Shown piece by piece: positions 60,230 to 64,000 of a stretch of DNA of 64,000 nt. The notes under the pieces were generated by a model that did not search any database, had not been told where the DNA came from, and was given only the letters and a program-made list of their open reading frames with translations. Location of the stretch: positions 12,214,001 to 12,278,000 of the forward strand of contig JBHGNT010000009.1 of assembly GCA_043228905.1 (NCBI GenBank), read 5' to 3'. Positions within the stretch are counted from its first letter, which is position 1. Each line of letters begins with the position of its first letter. This DNA comes from Azolla caroliniana (taxonomy: Eukaryota; Plantae; Polypodiophyta). The translations under genes were made by a program, and so were the position numbers.

Positions 60230-61348
60230 ATGTGCTTTTACTACGGGAAGCCGAGAGACTTCCAGAGGAACTATCAACACTAACGGAAGGAAAAAAGGGG
60301 AGCTGATGGTATTGAGCTGAAGAAGATTCTGGATAGCAAGAACACCTCAACCATTGCCGCAAGCGAGGAGGAGGTATTCTTCATTAGTGAACAAAACGAA
60401 GTTAATCTCATTGGCGATGAATCGATATGGGTGGTCGATTCCGTTGCGTCGTTTCACCTAACTCCCACTAGAGAATGCTTCTCATCGTACACAACCGTTG
60501 ACTACGGCTATGTGAAGATGGGGAATGATTGCACATGCTGGAATGTGAGAATCGGTAATGTATGTTTGCTGACATCGACAGGTTGTAGAATGGTACTCAA
60601 GGATGTATGCCATGTACCGGATATTAGACTGAATCTAATGTCATTTGGATGAGTCGACGACGAAGGATATTATGGTAGCTTTTGAAATGGAAGTTGGAAA
60701 TTCTGCAGAGGGAACCTGAACGTGGCTCGGTCCTAGAAGCAAAATACATTGTATGTATTGTATGCAAGACTGTGCCAAAACAAGGTAAACGTGGTAGCTT
60801 ACACAACCAATGAGTTGTGGCATAAGAGGCTATGCCACATGAGTCAGAAGGGTATATAGATGTTAACCGGAAAAGAACTTTTACCGGAGGTGAAGAATGT
60901 GCATCTGGACAATGGCTGTGAATACGAGGGCAATTTGAGGAGTATTGTTGATCGCAAGGCATTCAACTAGACTACACAGTGCCAAAGACGTCGGAGTTGA
61001 ACAACCTAGATGAGAGAAAGAACCGGACCATCATGGAAAAAGTCAGAAGTATGCTGGCACATGTGAAATTGCCAAAGATATACTGGGCTGAGGCGATGAT
61101 GACAACCGTTTACATTATAAACAAGTTTCCCCCGGTTCCACTAGAAGGTGACATACCACAAAGAGTATGGTCAGGCATCTGAGGGTGTTCGGTTGCCTGG
61201 CCTATGTGCATGTAGCTAAGGACCAGAGGGGCAAACTTGATCCCAAGAGCCGACTATGTCTAATTCTCGGATACAGAGAAGATGAACTCGACTATCAATT
61301 GTGGGACCTAATTGACAAGAAAGTGATTTGGAGCCGAGATATTATCTT
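60230..61348 (+). pseudogene. Right part of the split Tork-like Copia (zinc knuckle, PR, partly deleted INT)
   Basis: CFYYGKPRDFQRNY, VVDSVASFHL, LWHKRLCH and LRVFGCLAYVHV. Confidence 0.88.
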
Positions 61349-62805
61349 TGTTGGGAAATTGGTCCCTTCGGATGGGATCCGGTTACAAATGAAGAGAAGA
61401 CATATTTGTAAATATGTTTTGAGTAAGCCTATTGAGGCTATATTTGTAAATAGCCCTAAGTTCATATAAGTATAAATATGACTTAGGGAAATCACTTTAG
61501 AAGTGGGGTGGTTGTCATATTGTTGTATGTGCATAATTGTTGTATAGAGAGAGAGAGAGAGAGAGAGAGAGATACTCTGTTGTAACCGCCGGTTGGCGAA
61601 GATACAGAGCTCGAGGTCATTGCCTCCGAGTCTCTGTTTGTACCTTTCTAATATAGCGATAGTTTGGAGTCTGTGGGCTCCCGTGGTTTTTCCCTTTTAC
61701 GGTTTTCCACATAAACATCCTATGTATCCTCTATCGTTGTTTCTGTGTGTACATGTGTTCACTCCCTACTTCCCATTGTTGTGTTTGATTCTCGTAGAAG
61801 TGATTCAAGACTTGGTTATGGCCGAGCAATATTCTGCGTCATTCTCTTCAAACTGGTATCACAGCAAACAACACAAGAAATGGAAGAATCGTTTGGCGGC
61901 ATAGTCAAGCTCACCGACTCCAACTACTCAGTGTGCAAGTCGAAGATGAGGGATACTCCGGTGGTTAAAGATAATTGGTTGTCGGTTCAGTTCGGGGACA
62001 AGAGACCGGATAAGATAGAGGCCAGAGTGTGGGAGGTGATGCACATGAAGACGACGGCATACATCCAATGTTTTATCGACATGAGCCTATACAACAACTT
62101 CAATGAAGAGAGTAAGACTCTTGAACTCTGGGAGAAGATTGACATCATGTTCTAGAACAAGAATGTTGGTAATCAAGCTTTGGTATTCCAGAAGCTAGTG
62201 CGGCTCCAGTACCAAGACGGCTCTAGTATGGTGGAGCACGTGAATGCTTTCCAGGGGCTAATATACCAGGAAACCTCATTGGAAGTACCTCTCCCCGATG
62301 ACGTACTCGCATGGCTCTTGCTCGGTTCCCTCCTAGATAGCTGGGAGACGTTAGTTTTCACGTTGGGCAACGCCGGGCTGGAAGGAAGGCAATTGTCCCT
62401 AGCAAGGGTAAAATCAAGCTTGCTAGATGAAGAAGCTCGCCCGAAGGACTGGGAGTCCGGAACCGATCCGAAGGTCTTGGTCACGGAAGATGACCACAAT
62501 AGTGGAAGAGGCCGGTATCGGAGTCCCCAAAACCAGGACAAATTGGGGACGAGGTCAAAGTCAAGAGGGCGGCCTATTTGCTTCTATTGTGGGAAGCTGA
62601 GGCACTTCCAGAAGAACTGTCAACATTTCCGGAAAGAGAAAAGAACTGACAATACCGATTCAAAGAAGAGTTCGGACCAGATCGGAAAGGAACGTCGGCA
62701 ATTGTGACAACTAAAGAGGAACTGATGCTCATTACCGAGGAGAATGAGTTAAACCTTGTCGGCGACGAGACAACGTGGGTTGTCGATTCTGGAGCGTCAT
62801 TCCAA
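61349..62805 (+). mobile_element. Truncated Tork-like Copia 'N': LTR 61349-61850, PBS 61854-61865, gag to start of PR
   Basis: TGTTGGG...CTTCA LTR, then TGGTATCACAGC, CFYCGKLRHFQKNC and VVDSGASF. Confidence 0.9.
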
Positions 62806-62809
62806 ATAA

Positions 62810-64000
62810 TGCCTGGTGCCTCCTTTTATAGTGTTCTCGGGAGTACATCAATTTCTAGAATGTTTTAGAGAAATCTGGAATATATATCAATTTTCTATAA
62901 TAAAACTTAAATGAAAATAACATCTTTCGTATTATAACATATAGTCTAATGGTCAAGAGAATGATCCATGTAACATAAGGTCATGGGTTCGAGTCTTGCC
63001 ATATCATGACACTATCCCCCCTTTAAAACGACGAGTGTCACGAGTCGTTTTGGATTGAGGACCATGTTTGTCTGGATATTGACGATCAAAGTCTTCAAGA
63101 AGAGCATGAGCATTGGTCACATTCTCTATTGGTTCTCAAGTACACTCGCTAGAACTCTATTTTCTCCAATAAATAGCATGTTCTCTCGGTATAGAGATGT
63201 ATCCGATTAATAAATCAATCAATTCACCCTCTGTGGTTTATCACGTGATACTGGTGCACGTCATATTTCACAATAGGCTAAAATTGTGTAACTATAAAGG
63301 GAATCTAAAAGTGGAAAGCGCGATCCTTCCATTTTTGAACGCGAACGTGTTAGTAGAGCTTGTTGCGAACAATCTTGGAATCGAGGATGGCGGCAACCTC
63401 ATACTCAGGTCCATCTTCAAGTTCGATCGGGGGTGGAGGTTGTTTAATACGACTTGGGATGGTGCTATCTTGATAGGGTTCGAGGAGAGAACTATGAAAC
63501 ACTTGATGTATCCGAAGTTGTGGAGGTAGATCGAGACGAAAAACGACATCATTAATTTTTCCGATAATATAGAAAGGACCTAATCGCCGATAATCTAACT
63601 TCTCGCATGGGCGAGTAGTCTTGATGTGTCATCATAGTAGCCATACCCGATCTCCAATGTTAAAACTAGATGGAAGCTGATGACGATCTGCAAACCTTGT
63701 CTGTTTCAGCTTGCTGTAGATGAGTAGATAAATCTGCTTGTATCTTGTGTAACTGCTCCAAACGATCCTCCACGCAAGGATTTGTGGGTAACTTTGGGGT
63801 TTCATATACACACCACCGGGGGTGATAGCCCGTATAAGCATAAAATGGTTTAACCTTTATCGATGAGTGGACAAAGTTATTATACGCAAATTTGGCAAAC
63901 TGGAGAATATCCACCCAATCATCTTGATGATAGCTTAGAAAGCATCGAAGATACTGCTCGAGCATTTGATTTGTTCATTCTGCTTCATCGTCTATTTGCG
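62810..64000 (-). mobile_element. 3' end of a chromovirus (Tcn1-like Gypsy): integrase, chromodomain, PPT, partial 3' LTR (~62810-63011)
   Basis: LEQYLRCF...FAYNN; LPPQLRIHQVFHSSLLEPY...EYEVAAILDSK...T*EPIENV; AAAGGGGGGATAG followed by TGTCATGA. Confidence 0.9.
62935..63007 (+). other. Degenerate tRNA-like / Pol III promoter unit inside the chromovirus LTR
   Basis: A-box TAGTCTAATGG (62942) and B-box GGTTCGAGTCT (62986) at tRNA-like spacing. The acceptor stem is only partly paired. Confidence 0.5.

Overview
Eukaryotic nuclear DNA from a plant, probably a non-flowering one (inferred from the DPY-30 gene and the retroelement lineages). The window is almost entirely nested LTR retrotransposons around one host gene, a two-exon DPY-30-motif gene (15373-15939). 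It holds an Athila/OTA-like Gypsy with a decayed ~1,016-codon extra ORF and, where the polypurine tract should be, a sense copy of a tRNA-Arg 3' end. A 4x238-bp array is built from scrambled gag pieces, and a tRNA-Ala-primed Gypsy follows. A tRNA-Trp-primed Gypsy clade makes 4-bp CpG-centred target duplications. One copy splits a Copia gag and spans 42 kb (18293-60229); two others are pol-less elements with Gag plus a long tail. One Tork/Tnt1-like Copia is intact with identical LTRs (40605-45927). Several truncated Copias and a chromovirus end with a tRNA-like unit in its LTR complete the window. All calls were made by eye and no database searches were run.
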